From a virus (Duplodnaviria > Caudoviricetes), in the IMG/VR virus record IMGVR_UViG_3300043598_000016, positions 64 through 64,063 of that record: DNA of 64,000 nt; one strand, written 5' to 3'. The position numbers were made by a program, and so were the translations under genes. Under the pieces are notes generated by a model. The model saw only the letters and a list, made by a program, of their open reading frames with translations, was not told where the DNA came from and searched no databases. Below, piece by piece: positions 1 to 9,709 of the stretch (position 1 is its first letter; every line of letters starts with the position of its first letter).

Positions 1-54
1 GATCTTCAAAGATCAACGATCATTGATCAATAAACATTAATATCAATTCGTTAT

Positions 55-408
55 TCAATTACAATTCTTTCGTGAGTTGCACGAGCGGCATAGGATAGGG
101 GGGGTGGGTGTACCCCTATGCCTATCCCCTCCCCTATACCATGACACTGGCACACCATGGTCATAGGTGAGGTCAGTGCTATGGTGCGGAGGGCACAGGT
201 AACCGGGGCATAGGTAACCATGGGCCACTATCCACCTATGCACCATTGCCTTACGCATTGCACGTTCACTATGTTCTATTATCTTGGTTGGTACTGTTCG
301 CTTCTCATATCGCTCACGCTCACTGGCATGGGTAGAGCAGCGGCCTAAGCGGGTCGCCTTATCCGGGCATCCTCCGATGGTGCATACCCGAGCGGTACGC
401 CTGGCCAT
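55..408 (-). CDS. HNH endonuclease (terminase-associated, HK97 gp74-like position)
   Basis: CxxxGC...C-x2-H N-terminus, DH, and LCRSCNSRK C-terminal HNH/Zn motif. It is the last gene of the arm that would run into terS if the genome is circularised. Confidence 0.8.
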   Translation of the reverse strand: MARRTARVCTIGGCPDKATRLGRCSTHASERERYEKRTVPTKIIEHSERAMRKAMVHRWIVAHGYLCPGYLCPPHHSTDLTYDHGVPVSWYRGGDRHRGTPTPPILCRSCNSRKNCN

Positions 409-453
409 GCCACCCCCTTGCTACCTGGGGTACCTACCTCAGCTACCTATCTT

Positions 454-512
454 TGATCTACATCTGATCCACACCAATACCGATAGTGGATCTATGTGTG
501 ATCTACATCTGA
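454..512. repeat. 14-bp direct repeat TGATCTACATCTGA x2
   Basis: Copies at 454-467 and 499-512 in a lower-GC intergenic region upstream of the HNH gene. Confidence 0.75.
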
Positions 513-724
513 CTGCCAACCTGGCAGCACCAGGCGCACGGGCATGGCCATGGTCTAGGCACCTGAGCTCGGCCCATCACCCCAGGCCGCACACGGTGGG
601 CGGCCCATGGGTACCGGGGGTAGGTCTCACCCTGGGGTAGCTCAACGGGGTGGGGTGGATCAACGGGGGTGCACTGACAAAGCACCAGCCTCACCGCGCA
701 GCGTTCCTAAGTAGACCGATCTTG

Positions 725-1621
725 TCAAGCCGAGCAGCGCGTGGTACGGGCCCTGGTGCCCACCCGGGCCAGGGTGGCCATGGCCTGCTCAGCGTCGTAC
801 AGCGGGGTGCGCGTCAGGGGGTCCAGGTCCACCGGTACGCAATGCTTGGTGATCACGGACTGGGCCCTACCAGACAGCCGCCGCAGGGTGTCCCGGCTGA
901 TCAGCGCCCGTCTGCGGGTGAGCCGCTCGGTGACCAGGCCGAGCTGCCGCATCCGGGTATGGATCATGCGTCCGGCCCGCATGAATTGCCCGGATGTCCA
1001 CACGTGATCGCAGTCCGAGCAGCGCATCAGCGTGGGGTCAGCCTCCCGGGTGGGGATCAGCGCCAGCACCGTGCCGGTGCAGTACGCCGCGCGCTGCCCA
1101 GGCTGCGGGCACGGGCCCACCGGAAACCGCCGGTCGTACTCGGGCAGGTCGATGGCGTGCCGGGCCGCGTCCAGGGCGTGGTCCAGCCTGGCCGCCGCCG
1201 GCCCGATGCCGGATCGCAGCACCAACTCCGGGCGCTGGGTCCAGAGCCACCGGGCCAACGGGGCCGGATCCGGGTTTGAGCCCTCAGCGCCAATCTGAGC
1301 CACGCACCGGTGACAGGCCACCTCGCAGGCCGTCAGCGGGCCCGCTAGCGCGTCCAGCGCCCGTACGGCGCCAGCGAGGCGGCTCATGGCGTGACTGGCC
1401 TGCTCGTTCCACGGCAGCGGCCGGGCCGAGCTACCCGAGGTGGGGTCGCCCAGGCAGTCCTGCCGGGTCCGGGTGATGAGCAGATCGGGCCAGACCTCGA
1501 GCACCTCGAGCAGGTCTGTGTCCAGCCCCTCGGCGCACCCGGTGCACAGCAGCCCGTTGTGTTGCGGCACCCCGCAGCCCGGCGCGGTGCAGCGGGGCCG
1601 GCGCTCAGGCTGGCTCGTCAT
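725..1621 (-). CDS. Zn-finger/HTH DNA-binding protein (putative late regulator)
   Basis: Multiple CxxC motifs (CTAPGC, CTGC, GPCP..C, CSDC) and a C-terminal HTH-like segment; high GC3. Confidence 0.55.
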   Translation of the reverse strand: MTSQPERRPRCTAPGCGVPQHNGLLCTGCAEGLDTDLLEVLEVWPDLLITRTRQDCLGDPTSGSSARPLPWNEQASHAMSRLAGAVRALDALAGPLTACEVACHRCVAQIGAEGSNPDPAPLARWLWTQRPELVLRSGIGPAAARLDHALDAARHAIDLPEYDRRFPVGPCPQPGQRAAYCTGTVLALIPTREADPTLMRCSDCDHVWTSGQFMRAGRMIHTRMRQLGLVTERLTRRRALISRDTLRRLSGRAQSVITKHCVPVDLDPLTRTPLYDAEQAMATLARVGTRARTTRCSA

Positions 1622-1862
1622 CGTCGTCTCCCAGGTTGAGGGCGGTGCCGCGCAGCACGTCCAGCGCGGCGGCCATCAGCCCGCGTTTGTCGATCCAGTC
1701 CAGCCCGGTGCTCGAGTAGGTGCCCAGCGAAGTCACCCCGGTCTCAAAGTTCTGGATCTTGCAGATCAGGAACCCGGAGACTACGTGTTCGTGATCTTCC
1801 AGATCGGCGACCAGGCCGAGCCGCTCGAGCACCGGGGCCAGCGGCTGATGATCTTCACTCAT
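1605..1862 (-). CDS. hypothetical protein
   Basis: 85-aa ORF with RBS, overlapping the next gene. Confidence 0.65.
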   Translation of the reverse strand: MSEDHQPLAPVLERLGLVADLEDHEHVVSGFLICKIQNFETGVTSLGTYSSTGLDWIDKRGLMAAALDVLRGTALNLGDDDDEPA

Positions 1863-1871
1863 GCGTACCCC

Positions 1872-4800
1872 TCACGTGGAGTCGGTCCAGAACGGGGACG
1901 GCTCATCCGGCTCGGCGATGATCGGCACGCCGAATAGGTTCCCTTGCATGCACTCGACCAGCGCGGCGGTGGCCTCGGCGCCGTCTTCCTCGGGCACCTG
2001 GATGATCAACTCATCGTGTACCGGCATCAGCGTGCAGTGCCCCCATCGGGTCTCCCGCCAGCGCAGCAGGGCATCCACCAGCAGCTCCCGGCACGATCCC
2101 TGGATGGCGTAGTTCGGCGCCTTGTGCGGGAATGCCGGCGGGAAGTGGATCACGCGTCCGGAGTAGCTGACCATGTGGGTCTGGCCCCGGCGGACCGCCT
2201 GGCGTAGATCATTCGACCACTGCTGAAACTGCGGGGTGAGCGCCTTGAGGCTGTCCACGATCGCGGCCATGGTCTGCTCGTTCACGCCGATCTGCTGGGC
2301 CAGCGTGACGATCCCGCCGCCGTACATGTGCCCGAACACACCGGGCTTCACCGCGTAGTAATCCGCCTTGGTGGCATCCGGCCCGAAAGCCTGTTTGGCG
2401 ATCATCCAGTGGAAATTGACCCGTGCGTCCGGGTCGGTGTTGGCGTCCGCCTCGGCGATCTTGGCCAGCATCGTCTGGTCCCCGGACAGCGCGCCGGCGC
2501 CGCGCAGCTCCACCCCGGCGAAGTCGGCTTTGATCAGCACGTGGCCCTCATCGGCCCGGTACAGCGCGCGGATCCCGCCGGTCTTGGGCAACTGCTGACA
2601 GTTCGGCCTGACACTCGACATACGCCCGGTGTCCGCCGAGAGAGTGTAGATCGTTGGCCGGGCCCGCCCGTCCCCGTTGTTGATCAGCAGGCCGTACGGC
2701 TTGAGGAACAAATTGATCACGGTGTCCGAGTGCCGCCAGTCGATCACCAGGCTGGCCAGGCGGCCCGCGTCGGTGTCCGGGTGGTCCCGCTTGAGTACCT
2801 GCAGCACGTGATCCGCCGTGCTGGCTTGGCCCTGGGGGAATTTTCCGGACGGCTTGGTACGCGGGCACCGGTAGCCCACCCGCTCGAGCCCAGCGGCCAG
2901 CTGCTGGCTGCTCTTGGGGTTCTCCACCCGGTAGCCGGTGATCTCGGCCATTGCCTGGGCCATCAGCGCGGTGTGCTCGGCCACCTTGCCCCGGTGCAGC
3001 TCGGCGTCTAGGGGCAGCCCCCGGTAGGAGATCCGGGCGGTCATCTCCTGGGCCGCCCGTTCCCGGTGCATGATCGGCGCCGGGATGGTGGGCAGCCGCC
3101 GGTCCAGCGCGGCGGTATCCAGGACATCGGCGGCGGCGTACCGGACCATGGTCGATGAGTTGGGCTTGACCTGGGCCCAGCCCGAGCGCTCGAGCGGGGT
3201 CTCTGGCTTGACCTTGGTGAGCCACCCGCCGGCTTTGAACAGCCCCTCACGGGCCTCATCGGCGCCCTTGGACACCCCGGCCGGGCCGAGCACCTTGGCG
3301 CCCAGAGACTTGAGATCCGGATCCGAGCCGGTGGAGCGGGGATCGCCGAGCTTGGCCGGGATCACGGTGTCCCACATCCGGTACCAGCCAGACTCAATGG
3401 CGATCATGTCAGCCCAGGCCAACGGGTTGAGGTCCGCCGTGGCCGAGTGCGCGCAGAGCCTCGGCGCCTCGGCCACCAGCGCGGTGACCACCGCCCGCTG
3501 CTCCGCCGAGGTGGGATCGAGCACCAGCGCCAGATCCTCATCGCCGAGCTGCACCAGGCGCAGCGCGTACTCATCGCGCCCGAGTGCGTAGCCGGTGTGC
3601 TCCACGTCAAGGGTCAACGACCCGCTGCGCTCGAGGATGCACCGCCCGGCGGTGAGTGCCTCGTCCGTGGTGATCTCGGTGATGGCGCCGGCCCGGTTGA
3701 CCGCCGCCGGCAGCGTGACCTCCGCCCCCTCGGCGGCCGCGATGGCCACCAGCCGAGCGGCCGCCTTGGCCTCAGCCGCGATCCGCTTTTTGTCCACCGA
3801 CACCCGGCCGGTATCGGTGCGCGCGGTCACCTTGGCCGGCGGGTCGAATAGGCCGAGCTCACCGGCCCGGCGCGCGATGTCCTCGAGCTCGGCGGCGGCC
3901 GCGCCAGTCACGCTCTGTGTATCGGTGGCCGGCGCCGGCGGGTCGTTCGTTAGGCTAACGTAATTGGTATCCGCTGAACTCGATGGCGGCTCGCTGGCGA
4001 GTACCGAATCAGTACCCGCCCGCGCCGGTTGGCCGAGGTCGGCCGCGAATCTGGGCGAGGATTCCGGCGGGATTGGCGGGGCGGCTTCTATTTTCTCTGT
4101 GTAGTGCTGTGTAGGTACTCCATTAGGTGTAGTAAATGACGTGTTGTGTGTTGTGAGGCTTATAGGACGGGATATACCCGCCAACCCGCCACTACTATTA
4201 CTAGAAATACCGTTTGAGCTGGCGTTTTGTGGCGTGGCGGGTTGCGGCTGGAGACCCGCCCCGGACCCGCCGAACCCGCCCGGCGCCCCGCCACCCCCGT
4301 GAAGATCCATAGCGGTGCCGCCGGTTACGGAGAGTGGCCGATACCAGCGTCCATCCAGCTTGGCCGCCGGGTGCCCGAGGTCTGTCAGCGCCCGGCCGAA
4401 CGCGGTTTCGCTGCCCGGTCCGGTGCGCCGGTAGAGCGGGTGGGATTCCAGCCAGGAGGCGTACGCGATGAACAGCTGGCGCCCCGGTGTGCCCGGCTGG
4501 GCCGGGGTGGTCCGCTCGGCCACCCAGGCGGACACCGGGGACTGCTGGGCCACCATCTCCTCCGCCTCGCGGATCAGCGCAAGCGGCGCGCGATGGTTGC
4601 TCGCCGAGTCCCGGTCAGCCAGCCAACCGGCCGCCTCGGTCATCAGCGCGGCGAGGATTCCAGGCGCCTCGGCGGCCCAGGTCACCGGCCGGGCCAACTG
4701 CTGGCGCAGCGGCCGGATGTCCGCCTCGAGCGCCTCGCACGGCACCATCCGCATGCGGGCCCGTAGCGCCGGGTCGGTGATCGGCGGCTCATCGTTAGAG

Positions 4801-6779
4801 GTGAGCACCAGCGTGTGAGTGGGCGCGAAAGTCACCGGGTTGCCGCGCATCGGGTTGCCGGTGAGCGGGATCCCACCGGTGATCTGCTTGAGCCGCTCGG
4901 TAGCCAGGTGACCACGGCGCGGCCCCTCATCCACGAACGCCAACCTGCAGCCCTTGAGGGCGTAGATGATGCTGGCGTGCGCCTGGTCCGCGCCGGCCAG
5001 CAGCCGAGCGTCCGCCGCGATGCCGTAGGTACCCAGCACCCGGCAGAGCAGCCCGATCACCGAGCTCTTACCCGAGCGTTCCCGGCCGTAGAGCACCGGC
5101 AGCGCCGCGTCCGGGTAGCCGGTGAGCGAGATGGCCAGCACCCGGACCGCCCAGGCGCGGATCTCCGGATCGGGCCACACGGCGGCCAGGAACGCATCCC
5201 ACACGGGCGTAGGGCCGGGCGCCGGGATCACCGAGGCGGTGTGCATGTGCGGGGTGTTCGGATCCACCCAGTCGGCCACCGTGGGCACCTCGAGCGAGCG
5301 GGACAGCGACCAGGGCCAGCCGCCGGCCCACAGCACCTCGGGATCCTGATCGAGCTCGGCCACGTCAACCGACCACGGCGCCCGGTCATCCCGGGTGATG
5401 TCTTTGACCTTCCGGGTGATCTTGGCCGAGCCGGCCGAGCTCATATATTGATCACGCCAGTAGCTCGCCCAGTGCTCCCGGGTCCAATCCTCTTTGTCCT
5501 TGGGCCGGGGCACCACGCCAGCCGGCATCAGCCGCGCCACCATGGACACCGCCCAGCCGGCCCGGTCGTGGCGCTCGAGCCAGCGTTCCGCCGAGCGGGC
5601 CAGCCAGGTGGCCGAGCTCTCCGACCAGAGCAGCGCCGGGCGCATCCGCATCAGCACCGCCTCGGCGTGCGCCTGGTCCGTCCCGGACGGCTCGAACGGG
5701 TGCGCCCCGATCGCGGACAGCACCGACCACGGCGGCGGGGGCAGCGGGGTGTCCAGGGGGCTCGAGCTGAGCACGTCCTCGGACAGTTCCACCCCGCCAT
5801 CCGCCATCCACTGCGCCTCTTGGGCCGGGGTGTAGACGTAGAACGGCCGCTGCGCCCCATCAGCCAGCCCCTGGGCCATCCACAGCTCATCCGCCTCATC
5901 GGGGGCACCCCAGCAGGCCGCCACGGCGCCACGGAGCCGCTCAGCCGCGTCCGCCTCGGTGAGGTAGCCGCCCCCGACGTAGCCGCCGAGGGTCAGCGCG
6001 GCGCGCATCAGCACGTCCCGGAACCCACCGGCCCGGTCATGCTCGGCCACGGCGGTGAGCTTTTCCGCCATCGCGGACTGGGCGGCCCGCTCGGCCTGCG
6101 GCGCCTTGGCCGAGCGCTCCATGGCCAGCCAGCCGGCCGGCACGTTCTCCGGGGCCCTGGCCATGCTCGGCCCACCCGAGGCGGCCGCCATCAGCTGGCG
6201 CAGCGCCTCCCCGGAGTTGTCCACCCGCCAGCCCAGCTCCCAGGCGCCCAGGTCCGGCCCGCCGGCCCATCGGTACGCCCGGGCCACGCCGTCCACCTTG
6301 GACACCCGCACCGTGGGCGGCAGGAACACGAACCCCCGGCCGTGCCCATCCCCGGCGCCGGCCTGGATGTCGATCCCGGGCAGCACGTTGGTGGCCTTGG
6401 CCACGCCGAGCGAATTGATCCACAGGTGCCCGCCGCCGGACGGGGTGGCCACCGAGCCGTAGGCGGTGGGCAGCGTGCCATTCATCTGGGCCAGCGACTC
6501 GGCGCCGCCGTTGCGAGGGTCCACGTCCAGCACGTCCAGGCCGTGCCCCATCACCGCGCAGAGCGCCCAGCCAGGTTGCCAGCGATCGGGCACCGAGGCA
6601 TCCGGGCCGGTGTGCTGCCAGCCGGTGGGCAGCGCGAACCCGGTGGAGCTCGAGGGATCGGGCGGGGCGACGAACAGCGGGATTCCCAGCCGGGCTATCC
6701 CACGCGCCGCCTCGAGTGCGCCGGCCAGCTCATCCGCACTGAGAGGCCTGGGGGTTTGAGGCGTGTCTTGCCTGGTCAT
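1872..6779 (-). CDS. fused bifunctional primase-polymerase / SF3 (D5-like) helicase / 3'-5' exonuclease / family A DNA polymerase
   Basis: Prim-pol DVLDVDPRNGG and TPSGGGHLW; Walker A GRERSGKS, Walker B FVDE, motif C LTSN; ExoI LDVEH, ExoIII YAAADV; TGRMSS, Pol motif A DFAGVELR, motif B KPGVFGHMYGG, motif C VHDE. Confidence 0.92.
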   Translation of the reverse strand: MTRQDTPQTPRPLSADELAGALEAARGIARLGIPLFVAPPDPSSSTGFALPTGWQHTGPDASVPDRWQPGWALCAVMGHGLDVLDVDPRNGGAESLAQMNGTLPTAYGSVATPSGGGHLWINSLGVAKATNVLPGIDIQAGAGDGHGRGFVFLPPTVRVSKVDGVARAYRWAGGPDLGAWELGWRVDNSGEALRQLMAAASGGPSMARAPENVPAGWLAMERSAKAPQAERAAQSAMAEKLTAVAEHDRAGGFRDVLMRAALTLGGYVGGGYLTEADAAERLRGAVAACWGAPDEADELWMAQGLADGAQRPFYVYTPAQEAQWMADGGVELSEDVLSSSPLDTPLPPPPWSVLSAIGAHPFEPSGTDQAHAEAVLMRMRPALLWSESSATWLARSAERWLERHDRAGWAVSMVARLMPAGVVPRPKDKEDWTREHWASYWRDQYMSSAGSAKITRKVKDITRDDRAPWSVDVAELDQDPEVLWAGGWPWSLSRSLEVPTVADWVDPNTPHMHTASVIPAPGPTPVWDAFLAAVWPDPEIRAWAVRVLAISLTGYPDAALPVLYGRERSGKSSVIGLLCRVLGTYGIAADARLLAGADQAHASIIYALKGCRLAFVDEGPRRGHLATERLKQITGGIPLTGNPMRGNPVTFAPTHTLVLTSNDEPPITDPALRARMRMVPCEALEADIRPLRQQLARPVTWAAEAPGILAALMTEAAGWLADRDSASNHRAPLALIREAEEMVAQQSPVSAWVAERTTPAQPGTPGRQLFIAYASWLESHPLYRRTGPGSETAFGRALTDLGHPAAKLDGRWYRPLSVTGGTAMDLHGGGGAPGGFGGSGAGLQPQPATPQNASSNGISSNSSGGLAGISRPISLTTHNTSFTTPNGVPTQHYTEKIEAAPPIPPESSPRFAADLGQPARAGTDSVLASEPPSSSADTNYVSLTNDPPAPATDTQSVTGAAAAELEDIARRAGELGLFDPPAKVTARTDTGRVSVDKKRIAAEAKAAARLVAIAAAEGAEVTLPAAVNRAGAITEITTDEALTAGRCILERSGSLTLDVEHTGYALGRDEYALRLVQLGDEDLALVLDPTSAEQRAVVTALVAEAPRLCAHSATADLNPLAWADMIAIESGWYRMWDTVIPAKLGDPRSTGSDPDLKSLGAKVLGPAGVSKGADEAREGLFKAGGWLTKVKPETPLERSGWAQVKPNSSTMVRYAAADVLDTAALDRRLPTIPAPIMHRERAAQEMTARISYRGLPLDAELHRGKVAEHTALMAQAMAEITGYRVENPKSSQQLAAGLERVGYRCPRTKPSGKFPQGQASTADHVLQVLKRDHPDTDAGRLASLVIDWRHSDTVINLFLKPYGLLINNGDGRARPTIYTLSADTGRMSSVRPNCQQLPKTGGIRALYRADEGHVLIKADFAGVELRGAGALSGDQTMLAKIAEADANTDPDARVNFHWMIAKQAFGPDATKADYYAVKPGVFGHMYGGGIVTLAQQIGVNEQTMAAIVDSLKALTPQFQQWSNDLRQAVRRGQTHMVSYSGRVIHFPPAFPHKAPNYAIQGSCRELLVDALLRWRETRWGHCTLMPVHDELIIQVPEEDGAEATAALVECMQGNLFGVPIIAEPDEPSPFWTDST
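4066..4292. other. putative replication origin embedded in the helicase-polymerase linker
   Basis: AT-rich island ~4086-4230 bracketed by inverted GGCGGGATTGGCGGG (4066-4080) / CCCGCCAACCCGCC (4177-4190), plus further CCCGCC repeats at 4255-4292. Confidence 0.55.
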
Positions 6780-6853
6780 CCGGTAAACTCCGGTCTGTTT
6801 GGTAATCCGGGTAGGGCCCGGCCGGGTGCGTGAGGCTCCCCGGCCGGGGAAGT

Positions 6854-7411
6854 TCAGATAGAGGCGGTGTGTTCGCTGGGCACACCGTGGGGGGCGCCGG
6901 ACACATCGGGCGGTGTGTCCGGGCCCCGGCGCCGAGCTCGGGCAGCGCGGGCGCGCCGGCCCAGCGGATCCGGCAGTCCCGCGTCATGGCACGCGGCGTA
7001 GAGCGCGTGCCGCAGTCCGTCCAGGCCGTGGTTGGCCATCCCCTTGGCCACCGCGACCAGCCCGGCGGCCTGCATGCGCGGTTCGGTGGCCCAGGCTTTG
7101 ACCTGGTGCGCCGGCCGCAGCCAGCCCACGTCCGCGCGTTCCTCGGCCAGTACGGCGAGGTGCTCCACCAGGGAGCGGGTGGCCACCGCCGCGCCGCCTT
7201 CCCGGGCCAGCCCACTCACGTAACGCTCCACCGCCACACCGACGTGCCCGGGCGCTTCCTCGATCAGCGAGGCCACCAGCGCCATGGCCATGCCCGAGTC
7301 ACATTGCGCGACGTGCGCGCCGAGCTCCAATGGGTGGTCGGTGTCCCAGTCCAGCACCCCGATGCCGGTGGTGAGGCCGGGGTCCACACCTATCACTCTG
7401 ATCATGGTCAT
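6854..7411 (-). CDS. RuvC-like Holliday junction resolvase
   Basis: VIGVDPGLTTG, VAVERY and HGLDGLRH motifs; start moved to ATG 7411 (RBS, overlap with HNH stop). Confidence 0.8.
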   Translation of the reverse strand: MTMIRVIGVDPGLTTGIGVLDWDTDHPLELGAHVAQCDSGMAMALVASLIEEAPGHVGVAVERYVSGLAREGGAAVATRSLVEHLAVLAEERADVGWLRPAHQVKAWATEPRMQAAGLVAVAKGMANHGLDGLRHALYAACHDAGLPDPLGRRARAARARRRGPDTPPDVSGAPHGVPSEHTASI

Positions 7412-7716
7412 GTTTGCGAGGCTCCCTCGAGACGGGCCCGGCGACGTGCCTGGGCCATCAGTCCGCCCTGGCGTGCCTGACAAGGTCCGCAGGCCGGGCG
7501 AATATTGGTCTTGCTGTAGGTGCCGCCGTCACACCGGGGGATCGGCCAGCAGTCCACTGACACCGAGTCGATACCCAGCACGGTGGGGCACATCGAACAC
7601 ACCGCCGTGGTGCCGTCCCCGAAGTTGTCCAGCAGCCACTGGCGCCGCCGGCGGCGGTCACGTGAGTTGCCGCGCTGGTTGCCGTTGGTGGTGCCGCGCC
7701 GGCACGGGCCGCTCAC
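7408..7716 (-). CDS. HNH endonuclease
   Basis: CSMC...VD..PIP.C.GGTY..NIRPACGPCQ, an actinophage HNH pattern. Confidence 0.8.
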   Translation of the reverse strand: MSGPCRRGTTNGNQRGNSRDRRRRRQWLLDNFGDGTTAVCSMCPTVLGIDSVSVDCWPIPRCDGGTYSKTNIRPACGPCQARQGGLMAQARRRARLEGASQT

Positions 7717-9605
7717 CCCGAGCCCCGGGAGCCGCCGAGCAGCTCGGCCACGATGCGCGGATCACCGAGCACATCGGACAGCGCGCCGGCCTTGGTGCGT
7801 AGCACGGTGCGGATCTTGGCCTCCACCGTGCCCGGCACCATCACGTCAATGATCTCGATGGACTCGTGGCGCTCGGACCCGATCCGGTGCGCCCGGTCCT
7901 CGGCCTGGATGGACTCCACGATGCTGAACGGGCGCTGCAGGAACACCACGGTGCTGGCGGCGGTCAGCGTGATGCCCACCCCGCCGGCCTTGAGCGTCAG
8001 CACCATCAGGTCCAGCTCACCGGCCTGGAATGCGGCTATCTGACCATCCCGCTCCCGCTTGCCCTGGCCGCCCACCACATAGCCCACCCGGTGCCCGGCC
8101 TTGGCCGCCGCCGCGCCGGCCAGCTCGGCCAGCCCGCGCGACTCGCTGAAACACAGCAGCTGCTGGCCGGGCCGCTCGGCTTTGATCTCCAGGAGGGCAT
8201 CCACTTTCCAGCTGGGCATCCTCGGGTGCAGCCGCTGGCGCATCTCCTGCTCGCCGGTCAGCGGGCTGTAAACCGGGTTGCCGTCCGCATCCACCTTGGG
8301 CACCAGCTCGATCTCACCGGCGCAACTGGACAGCACACAGAGCCGGTTGAGCTGCACGATCGTGTCCATGACCGAGAGCTCATCGCCGTCCGGGAGATCG
8401 GCCAGCATCTCGGCGGTCATCTGGTCATAGACCTTGCGCCACACCGGCGGGATCTCCACCTTGCGCACCGAGTAGACCTTGGGCGGCAGCTCGAGCACAT
8501 CGGCCTTGGCCACCCGGTGCCGCCGGCCCAGCAGGGTGTCATGGAACTCAGCCTCGGTGCCCGGGTTCAGCCCGTGGATCGTTTCCCGGTACTGCCCTGG
8601 ATCTTGGCTCACAAAGCAGTAACGAGCGATGTAGTCCGAGCGTGACGACCAGGCGCCCGGCTCGAGCATGTTCAGCGCCGGCCAACGATCACCGGCGTGG
8701 TGGGTAATCGGCGTGCCAGATAGCGCGATGAACTGGGCGGCCCGCAGCCCGAGGCGCACCGCCGCCTTGGACTGCTCGGCGGCGTGGTTCTTGGTGAGGT
8801 GCACCTCATCGCAGACCACCGAGGCGGGGGCCAGCCGGATCAGTGAGCGGTTGTAGCCCTTGGCCCGCTCGGCCCTGGCCTTGTGCTCGGTGGCCGCGTC
8901 CCGCACCAGCGTGCCGTAGGTGGTCACGTACACGTCAGCCCGGCCGGTGTGGCGGTGACGGTTGGTGCCGTGCCAGGCCACCGCGCGCCAGTGCGGGGCC
9001 AACGCGGCGAACTCATCCAGCCAGGCGCCCACCACGGACAGCGGCGCGATCACCAGGATGGGTAGCACCTGGTGGCCGGCGGCCGCGCGCTCGAGCAGGC
9101 CGAGCACCGCTGACATGGACTTACCGGTGCCCGGATCGTGATCGAGCAGGGCCCGGCCCTCCCGGGCAATGGCCAGCGCATCCGCTATCTGGTGGGCGTA
9201 GGGCGTGCGGGTGCCCGTGTAGCCGGCCAGCGCCCCGGTGAGCTCGGCGGTGCGCCGGGTGACCTCGGCTTGCATCCAGGCCAGCAGCTTGGGGTAGGGG
9301 CGCCACCGGCCGGGGTAGGAGTTGGCCAGCTGCAGCACCGCCGGCCAGGTCAGCGGGCAGAGCAGCGCGCCCACCGGGTGCGGGTTGCCGTTCTCATCGA
9401 GCACCGGGGTGTAGTGCGGGGTGGTCATGCCGAGCTGGCGGGCCGCGAAGATCATCTCAGGCTCGCTGCCCTCGGACATGATGATCAGCTGCTGGCCATC
9501 GGCGTGCACGTTGGCGAAGATCAGCGCGCCGGTGTGCGACGCGCCTCGGATCAAAACGGGTGGCTGGCCCTGGGGATAGGCCGTCCACCCCGGGTGAGTT
9601 GACAC
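7713..9605 (-). CDS. SNF2-family (SF2) DNA helicase
   Basis: PGTGKS, CDEVH, LSGTP, GGVGITLTAA and QAEDRAHRIG motifs. Confidence 0.92.
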   Translation of the reverse strand: MSTHPGWTAYPQGQPPVLIRGASHTGALIFANVHADGQQLIIMSEGSEPEMIFAARQLGMTTPHYTPVLDENGNPHPVGALLCPLTWPAVLQLANSYPGRWRPYPKLLAWMQAEVTRRTAELTGALAGYTGTRTPYAHQIADALAIAREGRALLDHDPGTGKSMSAVLGLLERAAAGHQVLPILVIAPLSVVGAWLDEFAALAPHWRAVAWHGTNRHRHTGRADVYVTTYGTLVRDAATEHKARAERAKGYNRSLIRLAPASVVCDEVHLTKNHAAEQSKAAVRLGLRAAQFIALSGTPITHHAGDRWPALNMLEPGAWSSRSDYIARYCFVSQDPGQYRETIHGLNPGTEAEFHDTLLGRRHRVAKADVLELPPKVYSVRKVEIPPVWRKVYDQMTAEMLADLPDGDELSVMDTIVQLNRLCVLSSCAGEIELVPKVDADGNPVYSPLTGEQEMRQRLHPRMPSWKVDALLEIKAERPGQQLLCFSESRGLAELAGAAAAKAGHRVGYVVGGQGKRERDGQIAAFQAGELDLMVLTLKAGGVGITLTAASTVVFLQRPFSIVESIQAEDRAHRIGSERHESIEIIDVMVPGTVEAKIRTVLRTKAGALSDVLGDPRIVAELLGGSRGSG

Positions 9606-9661
9606 GGTTGAGGCTCCCTCGGGGGTGCGGACACGTTAGCGGTACGGGTCTAGAGCCCGAA

Positions 9662-9695
9662 CGGGGCCGAGCCCGGACTAGCGGACTCGGCCCCG
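9662..9695 (-). terminator. stem-loop downstream of SSB gene
   Basis: CGGGGCCGAG (9662-9671) / CTCGGCCCCG (9686-9695) inverted repeat; no U-tract. Confidence 0.5.
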
Positions 9696-9709
9696 ATCAG
9701 GTGACGGAA

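Noticed and set aside
7408-7716. HNH gene as a mobile homing endonuclease or intron
   Set aside because: Short free-standing gene coupled to both neighbours, with genome-like codon usage and no interrupted host gene.
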